Positions 51,796 through 64,000 of a stretch of DNA of 64,000 bases are shown here, in pieces. The notes beneath the pieces are model-generated. The model saw only the letters and a program-made list of their open reading frames with translations. It was not told where the DNA came from and did not search any database. A program made the translations under genes and the position numbers. How positions within the stretch are numbered: the stretch's first letter is position 1; the number at the start of each line of letters is the position of its first letter. The stretch is from Octopus sinensis (Eukaryota): assembly GCF_006345805.1 (NCBI RefSeq), contig NC_043001.1, forward strand, positions 18,724,001 through 18,788,000, given 5' to 3'.

Positions 51796-52799
51796 TACAT
51801 TGAATTTAAACATGAAAGCGCATAACCTAATGGTGAACATGTTTCACTCACGATTGTCAGATCTTATTTTCGTTTCCCAGACCAAGCAGTGCATTGTATT
51901 CTTAAGCAAAACACTTCATTTCGCTTGGCTCTGTCACCCTTCATTTATACGAAGATTATCGATGTTTTAATGATTTCTGCTTGATCAAAAAATAACATGC
52001 CCCTAATTAATAAGGGTTCGGAATTTGATACATACGACTGAGTGTATATTGCCTTAATAGACTTTAACCAATCAATCCAGTGACCAGTGGAATGATGCTG
52101 TTTAGCACACCACTAAGCAACGCAGTCTCGGTCATTTAAATTTAGACAATTAATTTTTACTGTTCATCACCAGTTACAAATAGCAATTGGTGTGCGTTAG
52201 CTTAGTTTGCTGTCTGTTATTTTAAGGTGTGTTAGACAGGCTTATAATACAGTTTTATTATTTCAATATAAATTTACTCTTAATCCAGCTTCTAAGACCT
52301 AACTGTGAATTTTAGTGGAAAACACTGAGTTGTACGACCATAGTAGATATAAGAGTGTTCCATATGCCATAGTTCTGGCATAGTTCATATTATATTTAAT
52401 AATTTAAAGCGGAAACTGATTTTTGTTGATATTTGTACGCCTCTTGAACTCAAATACGCGGTGAATTTAAAACAAAGCAATACATGTGCTAAGAAACCAA
52501 TAGGATTCAGCACTAGTAAAAATCCTGCAGGAAGGTTCGTAAATTAGTTCACAGAAAGGCTAGGAACATCTTTATCATTTCATCTTTTACTTATCTCAAT
52601 CATTGAATTACAGCCATGCGGGAGCATCACTCGAAGGGTTAGTAATTAGATTTTTTAAAAAAGTCTAGTACTTATGATATCGATGTCTTTTACCAAACTG
52701 CTAAGTTATGTGGATGTAAACAAACCAGCACCGGTTGTTAAGAGGTGTGAGGATGTGTGATAAGCACAGACACAAAGATACACGCGTACATGTCGTTCG

Positions 52800-53478
52800 G
52801 TCAGTAAGAAACGGCAGAAACGTTAGCGCGCTGGGCGAAATGCTTAGCGGTGTTTCATCTGTCGCTATGTTCTGAGTTCAAATTCCGCCGAGGTCGACTT
52901 TGCCTTTCATCCTTTCGGGGTCGGTTAAATAAGTACCAGTTATGCACTGGGTCGATATAATCGACTTAATCCGTGTGTCTGTCCTTGTTTGCCCCCTCTG
53001 TGTTTAGCCCCTTGTGGACAATAAAGAAATAAGAAATAGCGGACACAATTCCCTCAAATTACACCTTATGATTTTGAGGAAGTAAAAAATACTTTGAACA
53101 GTGTACACAAATGAACACAATGTGAAGAAAGAAAAATGAAAGCTATAACTGAATTGTCTTTGATCATGGAACGGTTCAGTAATAGCAGACATGGGTTTCA
53201 AAGACAAAAACAAAATCAACGGTAACAAAACCACCATCGCCACAACAACAACAACAATGACAACAATACCAACGACAACTCTATCAACACTTTTCTACTC
53301 TAGGCACGAGGCCAGAAATTTTTTGGGGAGGGGGGGACAGTCAATGAGATTGACTCCAGTACGCAACTGGTACTTAATTTATCGACCCCGAAAGGATGAA
53401 AGTCAAAATCGACCTCGGCGGAATTTGAACTCAGAACGTAGCAGCAGATGAAATACGGCTACGCATTTCGCCCGGCGT
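52800..53478. mobile_element. Two inverted SINE C copies (52800-53038 +, 53288-53478 -)
   Basis: Matches to family C. Confidence 0.85.
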
Positions 53479-53489
53479 ACATATTAATG

Positions 53490-53693
53490 TGCGAGGTGGT
53501 GCTGAAAAGTTCTTGCCTTTGAGTAAAAGAAAATAAAGGAGGATCAGTTAATTATGATTTTATTCAACATATTCCCCTCTCAGATTCACACACCTATTGC
53601 ATCCAGTGGTCCTTCAGCTTTTTTAAGCGCTGTGAAAAAACTTGGGCCTTTCACGACACCCTTAATGCCAGGAACTTTTCAGCGCCCCTCGTA
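53490..53693. mobile_element. Mariner-type MITE (about 204 bp)
   Basis: TIRs TGCGAGGTGGTGCTGAAAAGTTC / GAACTTTTCAGCGCCCCTCGTA. Confidence 0.75.
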
Positions 53694-54992
53694 TATATGT
53701 AATATATATGTATACATACATATTAATAAATGCTTGTATTTGCTTTGTGTGTGTGCGTTCGGGTACGTGTGAGTATATGACATATTATTCTATTCGTTTG
53801 GGTGACTAACCCGAACGGCATCCCGTTCATCATCAAGTTCGTAAAATGAGAGCCAATGTTGTTTTTAGACCAGCAACTTTTGACAGGTAAATCAATTGCA
53901 ATTAGCCAACTAACGAGGTTTAGTGGTGACTGTAATACATGAACTTATCGATCTGGAGTGGAAGAAAACACTACTTTACAGGTGTGCTGATTACTGTCTT
54001 ACAAAGATGTTATAAACCACAAATACATCTATTGAACTGTAATTAGAACGATGCTGTCCAGGTCAACAGGCTGGTCAGTCGCCGCATCTACATTCGTAGC
54101 TTGTCCAGACAAATAGGTAAATCACAAAACACCAAATGAACCACTATGTAGTCGCTCGATTTGCTAGAAATAGAAGCAAGATTTCTCTTTCTTCTGTCAC
54201 GCTATTTTTAATAAAATGATATTTAAGACTGTTACCGGATAATGTAATATTGGTTTCAAATTTTGGGACACGGCCTGCAAGTTTGGGGGAAGGGGCGAGC
54301 CGATAACATCGACCCTCCAGTGATCAACTGGTATTTATCTTATCGACCCCGAAATGATGAAAGGTAAAGTCAACCTCAGCAGAATTTGAACGTAAAGATG
54401 GACGAAATGCCGCTAAGCGTTTTACTCGGCCTGTTAACGACTCTATCAGCTTGTTGCTTTACTGACCAATGTATTATTCATGTGACACATGAATAAAAAA
54501 TAAAACGAGATTGTCACGACTGGGACGCTTTTGGTCATAAACCTACTCAATCAGGATTGACACGGGGGTAAACAACCGGAAGAACGACAGCTATGGGACC
54601 CTAGTATGTTTCACATTCACATTAAGTCCTCCTCCACTTCCTCTTCTATCATCAACTCCACCGCTCCTCCTCCTCCTCCTCCTCCTCCTCCTCATCATCA
54701 TCATCATCATCTTCATCATCATTAGCATCCTACGTCTGGTTTCCATGCTGGCATGGGTTAGACGGTCTGGCAGGATCTGACGAATCGGAGGACTGTGTCA
54801 TGCACTGATGTCTACATTAAACACAATTTCTACAACTGGTTGCCCTTCCTAAATGCTTTTAAGCACCGGGAACTACTTCCTCATCTTCATGTCGACATAT
54901 CTCAGTCAGTTATTAGTGTTACTCTGCATTTCACAATCTTAATTCTGCAAACATATTCTTTACTGAGGACATATTTATTTCTATACATTTGA

Positions 54993-55037
<45 letters not shown>

Positions 55038-55043
55038 CAGTAA

Positions 55044-55076
<33 letters not shown>

Positions 55077-56142
55077 TAGTAGTAGTAGCTAGCAGAATCG
55101 TTAGAACGTCGAACAAGGCGCATTGCGATATTTCTTCCGACAGTGCATGTCCTGAATTCAATTTCTGTTGCAGTCAACTCTTACTTTTCCTCCCGCCGGA
55201 CTAGATAAAATAAAGTACTAGCCAAGTACTGATTCGATGGTATCGTCTAAGCCCCTTCTCCCAAGATTATCGGCCTTGTGTCTAAATAAGAAACCAATAT
55301 TAGGAGTAGCATTGCTGCTAAAGCAGAGAGCTGGCAGAATCGTTACGGCGCTGGACAAAAATACTTAGTGTCATTTCTTCTATCTCTTTACGTTCTACGT
55401 TCAAATACGACTGAGGTCGACTTTACCTTTCATATTTTTGAAGTTGATAATTATAAGGATCAGTCGAATACTGTATTCGATAAAAAAGGATTAATCGAAT
55501 ATGTAGTCGATGTAATCGACTTCTCAAAATTGCTAACCTTGCGCCAAAATTAAAAAGGATTGCTATGATTGTTTTTGCTTATAGTGAATACATACTCTAA
55601 GAGATAGATGTCTCTGTCTCTGAAACAGATTTATCCGAAGAAAGAATTATTAGCTTCTCCTTTGTTGTTACAAAGGTTCCGAGAAGACACAGCATTGGAA
55701 TTTATGATATCTGTCTCTTTCACAATTGAATTCACAACGTAACTAGAGCTAAAGAGATTCAACCTAAAAGTTTTCCAAAAGTCTTCTCGTCTGCTCTATG
55801 ATAGTCGTCACATATCAAATAAAATAAAGCTAATTTGTCTGTAAAATTACTTAAATTTATTTATACACGTCATTACTTTGAAATCTCAAAGATTAAACAT
55901 AGCAGTATTCATTAAAAGTTCCGCCTGTTTGAATATTTCAAGAGAGTGTTCACAAAGCAATTTCGTACAATGCTAAGGGCTGATGGGACAGTTTATTGAA
56001 TTTCTGTCTATTCACGTCATTTCTTGACAAGCTACAATATACCATTGCAAAGATTGCATAACATTGTTTCATTAATTTGTAAGTTTCTAAACTGTTTGGT
56101 TGGCATTAATTTCTGGAAACCAGCGGTATCGACTTTAAACAG

Positions 56143-56640
56143 GAGGCGCAATGGCTCAGTGGTTAGGGCAGCGGACTCGCAGTCGTAGGATCGCGGTTTC
56201 GATTCCCAGACCGGGCATTGTGAGTGTTTATTGAGCAAAAACACCTAAAAGTTCCACGAGGCTCCGGCAGGGGCTGGTGGTGAACCCTGCTGTACTCTTT
56301 CACCACAACTTTCTCTCACTCTTTCTTCCTGTTTCTTGTCACGCTGAATCTCCCCGAGAACTACGTTAAGGGTGCACGTGTCTGTGGAGTGCTCAGTCAC
56401 TTGCACGTTAATAAATGAGCTGCGACGTCACTGGTGCCAAGCTGTATCGGGCTTTGCCTTTCTCTTGGATAACATCGGTGGTGTGGAGAGGTGAGGCTGG
56501 TATGCATGGGTGACTGCTGGTCTTCCATAAACAACTTTGCCCAGACTTGTACCTCGGAGGGTATCTTTCTAGGTGCAATTCCATGGTCATTCATGACCGA
56601 AGGAGGTCACATCACATCACATCCCGAATTTGAACAAAGT
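56143..56640 (+). mobile_element. SINE B (T1) interrupted at about 56412 by an inverted retroelement-like fragment
   Basis: T1 tail breaks after GCACGTTAAT; 56412-56610 is an unrelated mixed-GC repeat-like segment, RTE-like by resemblance only. Confidence 0.7.
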
Positions 56641-56721
56641 TCACGTCTATGTATGTATGTGTGTGTGTGTGTGTGCGTGCGTGCGTGTATGCGTGTATAT
56701 GCGCGCGCACACCTCTATTCT

Positions 56722-56933
56722 CTTTACTCTTATTTGTTTCAGTCGTTTGACTGCGGCCATACTGGAGCACCGCCTATAGTCGAGCAAATCGAGCCCAGGA
56801 CTTATTCTTTGTAAGCCTAGTACTTATTCTATCGCTCTCTTTTGCCGAACCACTAAGTGACGGGGACATAAACACACCAGCGTTGGTTGTCTACCTAGCA
56901 ATGCTAGAGGGACAAACACGTACACACAAATAT

Positions 56934-56968
<35 letters not shown>

Positions 56969-57132
56969 CATATATACGACGGGCTTCTTTCAGTTTCCGT
57001 CTACCAAATCCACTCATAAGGCTTTGATCGGCCCGAGGCTATAGTAGAAGACGCCCAAGGTGCCACGCAGTGGGACTGAACCCGGAACCATGTGGTTGGT
57101 AAGCAAGCTACTTACCACACAGCCACTCCTGC
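56722..57132 (-). mobile_element. SINE family A
   Basis: Full length. Confidence 0.88.
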
Positions 57133-57554
57133 ACTTATATGTATATTTTACTTTTACAAGAATAGTGGCAACATTGACTTCGAAGTTTATGTCTCCTAGG
57201 CTTTATCAGACAGCCCGATCAAGACCATCTGGCCAAAACTTCGAAGTCGCTGTCACCACTTCGGTAGCAGTGGATAAATATGTACTTTAGAAAATGTATT
57301 GAATAATCTTTCGGTTTAATGTAAAATCGATTAAAAAAAAATAACATAAGGCGGCGAGCTGGCAGAATCATTAGCATGCCGGACAAAGTGCTTAGACATT
57401 TTGCCTTTATGTTCTGAGCTTAGTTTATACCGAGGACGGCTTTGCCTTTCATCCTTTTGGTGTTTTGCTGACCAAAATAAGAAAGGGTTATAAGTCGACA
57501 CAAACAAACTTTATACATACATACATACACACAAACACACAGATATATAGATAT

Positions 57555-57770
57555 ATAGTTAATCCAAACATGAAAACACAAAGAGAAAACACAACAACAT
57601 GGGGACATGGAACATGTATAGTGTTATTGGACGCTCAGGAAAGGAAAGAAAGAAGGAGGATTTAATGTTTCGTCAGAAACATAGGAAAAGGAAAGATCCA
57701 AGGAAGAGAAGACGGAGGAAAAATAATCGCCAACGGTACACACGCAGTCACAACGACCTCGAACCTACAA
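57555..57770 (-). mobile_element. Family E1 repeat with collapsed hammerhead
   Basis: Minus strand GTTT-CTGACGAAAC-ATTAAA: stem II deleted. Confidence 0.65.
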
Positions 57771-58019
57771 GAGTAAACAAGAGAGACAGAGACAGGCAGA
57801 AACAAGGAAAATATTTGAACACTATACAAATATTCTTTTTAAAAAACTTTTCTTTTAATTTTTCTAAATTTAATTGTTTAATTGTTACAGTTGAAAAAGT
57901 CTCAATGACTGAAACCGGTATTGAAATATTTTTAATAAAATTATTTTAGCATTTTCTATGTTGATTTTTTTTTATATATATACATATATATATGCATATC
58001 TCCCCTACTTTCCTAGGGA

Positions 58020-58275
58020 GAGTTTACGAATAAAACAAAAGACGAAGACAGGTGGTGTACAAAACAAGCAAATGTATTAGTATAACGCTCAGGAATAGAA
58101 AAGTCCTTTACGTTTCGAGCCTACGCTCTTCTACAGAAAGGGACACAGAAAAAACAAGGAGAGACAAAAATATGTGTAGTGGCTAACGATCTATCATGGC
58201 GACTGACTCGGACAGAAGGGTCACACACGAGAAGGAAAGTAGGGGAGATAACAAAGTAAAGATGACCCCCAACAC
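58020..58275 (-). mobile_element. Family E2 repeat with hammerhead-like motif at 58103-58144
   Basis: CTTT-CTGTAGA-A-GAGC-GTAG-GCTC-GAAA-CG-TA|AAGG. Confidence 0.72.
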
Positions 58276-58276
58276 G

Positions 58277-58312
<36 letters not shown>

Positions 58313-59228
58313 GTCTAAGTGAGTAGTAATACATCGAGAATATTTTGATAGTCTGTACCTATCTTTTTCCGGCATATTTGGTAGAACTATGTATTGAACA
58401 CTTTACAGAGTATTTCATTGATTTTAAATCCATCTTTGTGGATATGAGTTATTATCTCAGGAAGGTCACTAAAACATGCCAAGCGTATATTTTATTTGAG
58501 TCAATCGATGATAAACCACTCCCTACAAATATTGATCTTTAATTTAGACTAAACAAACGATGATTATATTTATTTCAAAGACAAGAATAACGGGTGAGAC
58601 ATTAGGGAGTTGTATATAATGAGTTGCGTCTCATTACTTTTGGTTACTAATTCAAATCCAGCCAGGATCCATTTTGAGTACATATCCCTTCGAATTCATT
58701 AACATTAGGTCAGCTCAATTGACTTTAATTATCACTCTAAAGAAATTGGTTTTGTGGTTAAGTAGGAAATCAATGGTGATAGATGAGCCAGTAATGAGTC
58801 ATTAGCTCTAACGACTTCGTGGGAGGAGTACGAAAGTTGTTTTATCACTTCAGGACGTTATCAATGACAACATCCCTACAAGTGAACCAACGGTTTCTGC
58901 TGCGTATATACATTTATGTTCTCGATTATGATGATCGACTTTTGTATTTAGCTCTTCATAGTTCGCACTTTAATTTCCCCTTTCTTTTTGCTTTTTGATT
59001 GCAAAATACAGGCAAGTATTTGAAAGGTAAAACAGGAAAGGACCAAAAGCAGATAAATCTTTGGGAGTAACTGATTTTCAACAACAGCAATGGAATTATG
59101 TCAGTGACTGGGTTGAAGGAATACCTTGGAACATTTGGGTATTTCAGAGTAGACTCTACTCATAAGAAACCATACAAAAGTATAAATAGCAGTTTTTGTG
59201 TATTTTAAAATGGTTAAAATATAACTAC

Positions 59229-59230
59229 GA

Positions 59231-59291
<61 letters not shown>

Positions 59292-59307
59292 ATTATTATT
59301 ATTATTC
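59229..59307. repeat. (TTA)n at the 3' end of the LINE
   Basis: Simple repeat. Confidence 0.95.
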
Positions 59308-59309
59308 GA

Positions 59310-60885
59310 TTTTCCAGAGCTCTTGATCATATTTGCTCTTGTTGATTCTGTGAAAGCAGACATCAACCAGTTATCAGAGGTCTCATAGGGTATCTTTCTG
59401 CAAATTATAAGTTTGGTAGCTGGATGTTAACTTATCGTGGAAGACACTCAACGCCCAAGCACCAATCGCAAAATCCTAGCTGTCCCCAATAGATATTGCC
59501 ACAGCAATATCTACAATCCTGGTTCTATTTTTTCCTTTATCTACCACAACAATGGTCTCCGAGCATCGATTAGGGCAGTGCTTTTCAAACTTTTTGCTGG
59601 AGCGGAACCCCAAGGAAGCGTTCCACTGGCTCGAGGAACCCCTGTGCAATAATTTAATAGTCTTATGCACACATATCTGCACAGGAGACTTAAAAATTAC
59701 TGCCGATTTTTCCAGTTTTGGTAACTTATTACGGAACCCCTGGACTGTACTGGCGGAACCCTGGTTGAAAACCACTGGATTAGGGAGTCACATTGGATTG
59801 TAGAATCCAACAGAATCATATATTCATTGTTCTCAGTGAAGCTCTCTGGTTCTTGTTTGTACCATTTCCATGCTGTGCATAGGCCGTACTTTTCACACAG
59901 CCTCCTGTTGTATAAACTTATCTACATTATCGTACCTCCTTTTCTTGTGCATTTAGGCCAGCAGCTTGCTACACTCACTCACAATATGTCAAATGTTTTC
60001 ATTTCTACTGCCACTCATCCTACAAAGGGGCGATCCACTGCTCTTATCTATTTGGAACTTGGTGTAATTAGTTCTCAGAGCTTGTTCCTCGACACTGCAT
60101 ATCAGTGCTCCAGTGTATTTTTTCAGGTCACTTTTTCTTAACCATCTCCTGGTGTTTGTTTTGTTTTTCTCTTCGACTTCTCTGAGGTATTGCCCATGTA
60201 TTGCTTTCGTTTTCCAATTGTTTATTCTTTGTTCTTCATCTTGTTTCTTAATTGTTTTTGGGTGCGTGACATTTTCGGTAGGTATCATATTATTATTTCT
60301 TACAGTGGCAAGTAAGGCTTCAATCTGCTGTTTGATGTACCATCCCAGACGGTTATTCTCGTTGGCAACACAGACATTGCATCATTTGAGGTCTCTTCTG
60401 ACTTCTTCCTAGGCACATAAGTCTATCAATATCGCTTTTCTGGTTTTTCTCTCCATTTTCTCTAGCTCGTTCGCCCTTTATATAATGACATTTGCGCTGT
60501 ACCACATTTAAGAAACAACCCATGTGTTCATTGCCCCGATCTTGTTCTTCCCATTGAGTCTACTTGCCATAATCAATTTGGTTCTTCTGAGATATTCCCG
60601 CCTAAAGCTTTCCTTCATCTAATTCTCCTTCATTTTTATCATACTCCAAAATACTCCAAAATATCCAGATGTTTATATCCATCAGTCTCAACATCCTTGA
60701 TTTTCTCACCGTCAGGTAGTTCTACATCATCGGGCGATACTACTTTGCCTCTGTGTATTATAAGTAAAGCAAACTTTTTAGTCCCCAAATCCATCCCAAT
60801 ACCTTTACTGAATATATGCACTGCTGAGATCAGGGCGTTTATTTCACGTTCGGTTTTCCTGAAGAATTTAAAGTCCATGTTGTTG
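59310..60885 (-). pseudogene. R4/Dong-like non-LTR retrotransposon, 5'-truncated and decayed
   Basis: RT end (MDFKFFRKTEREI...GIGMDLGTKKFA...YKHLDILEY), HGQYLREV, EEQALRTNY, SPLCRMSG knuckle, IVVVDKGKNRTRIVDIAV endonuclease; many stops and frameshifts. Confidence 0.85.
59576..59777. mobile_element. hAT-type MITE (202 bp) with perfect 8-bp TSD
   Basis: TIRs CAGTGCTTTTCAA / TTGAAAACCACTG; GATTAGGG at 59568-59575 and 59778-59785. Confidence 0.92.
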
Positions 60886-61029
60886 TCGTTGTCGTTTTTG
60901 TAGTTGTTGTTATAGTTGTAGTAGTATTAGTAGTAGTTGTTGTTGTTGTTATTGGTGTTCTTCTTCTTCTTCTTCTTCTTCTCCTTCTCCTTCTTCTTCT
61001 TCTTCTTCTTCTTCTTCTCTTTCTTCTTC

Positions 61030-61540
61030 TTAGTAAGAGAGCAGTGCATACCATCAAAGTGACACTGAGGTAAAATATACGAAGCCCAGTATACCCATCA
61101 TGACTACTTTTCTGATAAGGGTACACCAGGCACACGCATCCTAACCATATGTGCACGACATGGTGATCTCATGTCACGATAAACATCGCATGACCTTTCA
61201 GGTCGAACCCAGTTAGAATTTTCTTCCAGCTCAAATGGTCTCTGAATAAGGTTTGTTTAAGGATGTTGAACGAAACACCCATGTTTCCAAAGGTGAATTA
61301 TCCAAGCCCCAAGAATTTCTTTCATCACACGACTATGATGCTCCCCCACTACTTCTGCTCGTGATCAGAGATGCACATATCGCCAGCCACTAAGGGACAT
61401 GCTCAACTGGTTATGGTCAAACAACTGACAAGCAAATCTGTGGTATTGAGCAGAATATTTGCTGTAGCCCATCTTTTATACCAAGACAAAGTAATGTACA
61501 TGATAACACTTCCAATCAGTTAAGATCAGAAGTCACAAAA
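61030..61540. mobile_element. Unclassified interspersed repeat
   Basis: Mixed-GC block bounded by microsatellites; resembles a repeat I recall from octopus assemblies; single copy in this window. Confidence 0.35.
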
Positions 61541-61543
61541 CCC

Positions 61544-61594
<51 letters not shown>

Positions 61595-62469
61595 CATCAT
61601 CATCATTATTATTATTATTATTTCTCAGTTCAAGAGAATTACTAAACAAGTAAAATTTCGAAGTTATTACTGTATTGAATGTGAATTAAAATGAATTGTC
61701 ACTTCTTTGTATAAATTTTTTCTGTCGATTTTTATTTTTGTTGAAATATTGGCTTATACAATCTTGTTATCTAAATTGGTTTCTTAAACAAAAGATTTAC
61801 AGCGACTTACGGTACATCATTTCATATTCATATAAGACGTATTAAATTTTGTCTGGAGAGGTCGGATAATAACAAGATTAACTAAACACACAATGCCAGA
61901 GTATGAATAAATCATAGATACACAATGAAAGACTTTAATACCATTAAATATTAATCGGGAATATTAAGATGTGAATATAATAGCAAATTTGTTTTAATCG
62001 ACCAACATGTGTGCCTATTTCCTCTCCCATATAACGTACACCACAGAACTGAATCATATGAAATCAGTATCTTTCAGTCAGTTTAGATCATTTACAGAAA
62101 CAAATGCGACGAGACCAAGCCAATTAATTAATTTAATGTTGACCTAGAATCAGGAATGCAATTATTTGTATTTGAATTTATGTTGTGTAAACTGAAGTGT
62201 AAAACGCTTAAACAGAAAATTAAATGGTAGGTGGGAGATCTGTAAAGACTAGAATATATTAAGCAGTCTGTAGAGAATTGTTGTCGTTTGATCAATTATT
62301 TGAATTGTGCTTATCGCCTAAAATAAATATTTAATAAGGGATTTTAAAAGGTTTATTAGAAAGTATGGCTAATATGAATTTTTAAACAGGTTTTGAAATT
62401 ATCTTTAGGAGGTGAGAAATGACACATTTTAAATATTCTGTAAATAAATCAGAATATATTGATTTGTAG

Positions 62470-63902
62470 GAGGTGAGGCGATTACATCGACTCGAGTGAT
62501 CAACTGGTATATATTTTATCGACCGCAGAAGGATAAAAGGCAAAGTCGATCTCAGCGGAATTTGATCTCAGAGCGTAAAGACGGACGAAATGCAGCTAAG
62601 CGTTTCGCCCAGCGTGCTTACGATTCTGTCAGCTCGACGTCTTAAGAGAAGTTATAGAATATTAATTAGAAATTATGGTGCATAGTTCCAAGACAATCTT
62701 ACACTTTAGAATAGAAGAAGAAGAAGAAATAACGGCTTCTGATTTAGGTACAAGGTTAGCAATTTTAAGGGGAATGAGGTAGGTCGAAATCCTCGTTCTA
62801 GTTCTTGAATAATATTTTATTTTATCGACTACGAAAGGTTGAACGGCAAAGTTGACCCCGGTGGGAAATTGAATAAGAAATAATTCTTGCTATGTTATTT
62901 TTTTATTTTTCTAATTTAAATATCGTTTATATTTTACTTGTTTCGTATTTGGACTGGCCATGTTGGGGCACTACCGCTATTTATGTTTTAAGTTTGTGAC
63001 TTATTCTATCGATCTCTTTCTCCGAACCGCTAACAGGCCGAGACATAAACTAACCAACACCGATTGCGTAGTGGTGGTGGTGTGGATAAAAACAGACATA
63101 AAAAAACACAGGCATAGGTCGACTGGGTGGGCGGGGGCTATCGTAGAAGATACTTTCCCCAAGGTGCTGTACAATGTCACTGAACCCGAAACTACGTGGC
63201 GGCAAAGCGATCCTCCTAACCATGCAGCCATGTCTGAAGAAGAAATAACGACAGGAGAGATAGAGCTGAAAATGGCTTCTGATTTAGGCACAAAGCAAGT
63301 TTTCAAAATTTGGCACAAGGCCAGCATTTTGGGGCTGAAGGTAAGTCGATTACATCGATCTCAGTGTTCAACTGGTACTTATTCTATCGGCCCCGAAAGG
63401 ATGAAAGACAAAGTCGACCCCGGCGGCATTTGAACTCAGAATGTAAAGACGGAATAAGTATTTTACCCGGCGTGCTTACGATTCTTTTTTTTTTATTGCC
63501 TACAAGGGGCTAAACATGGAGGAGAGAAACAAGGACAGACAAACGGATTAAGTCGATTATATCGACCCCAGTGCGTAACTGGTACTTATTTAATCGACCC
63601 CGAAAGAATGAAAGGCAAAGTCAACCTAGGCGGAATTTGAACTTAGAACGTAGCGACAGACGAAATACCTATTTCTTTACTACCCACAAGGGGCTAAACA
63701 CAGAGAGGACAAACAAGGTCAGACAAACGGATTAAGTCGATTATATCGACCCCAGTGCGTAACTGGTACTTAATTTACCTACCCCGAAAGGATGAAAGAC
63801 AAAGTCGACCTCAGCGGAATTTGAACTCAGAACGTAGCGGCAGACGGAATACGGCTACGCATTTCGCCCGGCGTGCTAACGTTTCTGTCAGCTCGCCGCC
63901 TT
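62470..63902 (-). mobile_element. Cluster of SINE C copies (including multimer 63290-63902) and a degenerate SINE A (62925-63230)
   Basis: Repeated family C cores with GAAATAC|CTATTTCTTTAC junction at about 63661. Confidence 0.85.
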
Positions 63903-64000
63903 AACATAATGTTTAATATTAATTACCAATACAGCTAAGGCAGTCAGTGGGAAAAATCGTTAGCATGTCGGACAATGTACTTTTCTTGTGTTCTGAGGTC

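Overview
AT-rich, repeat-saturated eukaryotic non-coding DNA. The SINE repertoire and microsatellite load resemble octopod cephalopod genomes as I recall them; this is inference, no search was run. No intact protein-coding gene is supported, and almost all ORFs in the track are translated microsatellites or SINE sequence. Contents: three abundant tRNA-headed SINE-like families (here A, B, C), internally deleted Tc1/mariner transposons (two mariner-type, one DD37D/maT-like), mariner- and hAT-type MITEs, two decayed R4/Dong-like non-LTR retrotransposon fragments, a Helitron/Helentron-like element and many simple repeats. Main finding: at least ten minimal type-I hammerhead-ribozyme (HHR) motifs of the Penelope-like-element (PLE) kind. 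Several sit at the centre of long fold-back inverted repeats. They include one fully canonical copy (8251-8285) and two families whose cores carry compensatory swaps of the tertiary 3-8 pair (G3-C8 at 12682-12732; U3-A8 at 13881-13920 and 38141-38179). Coordinates of degenerate repeat copies are approximate.
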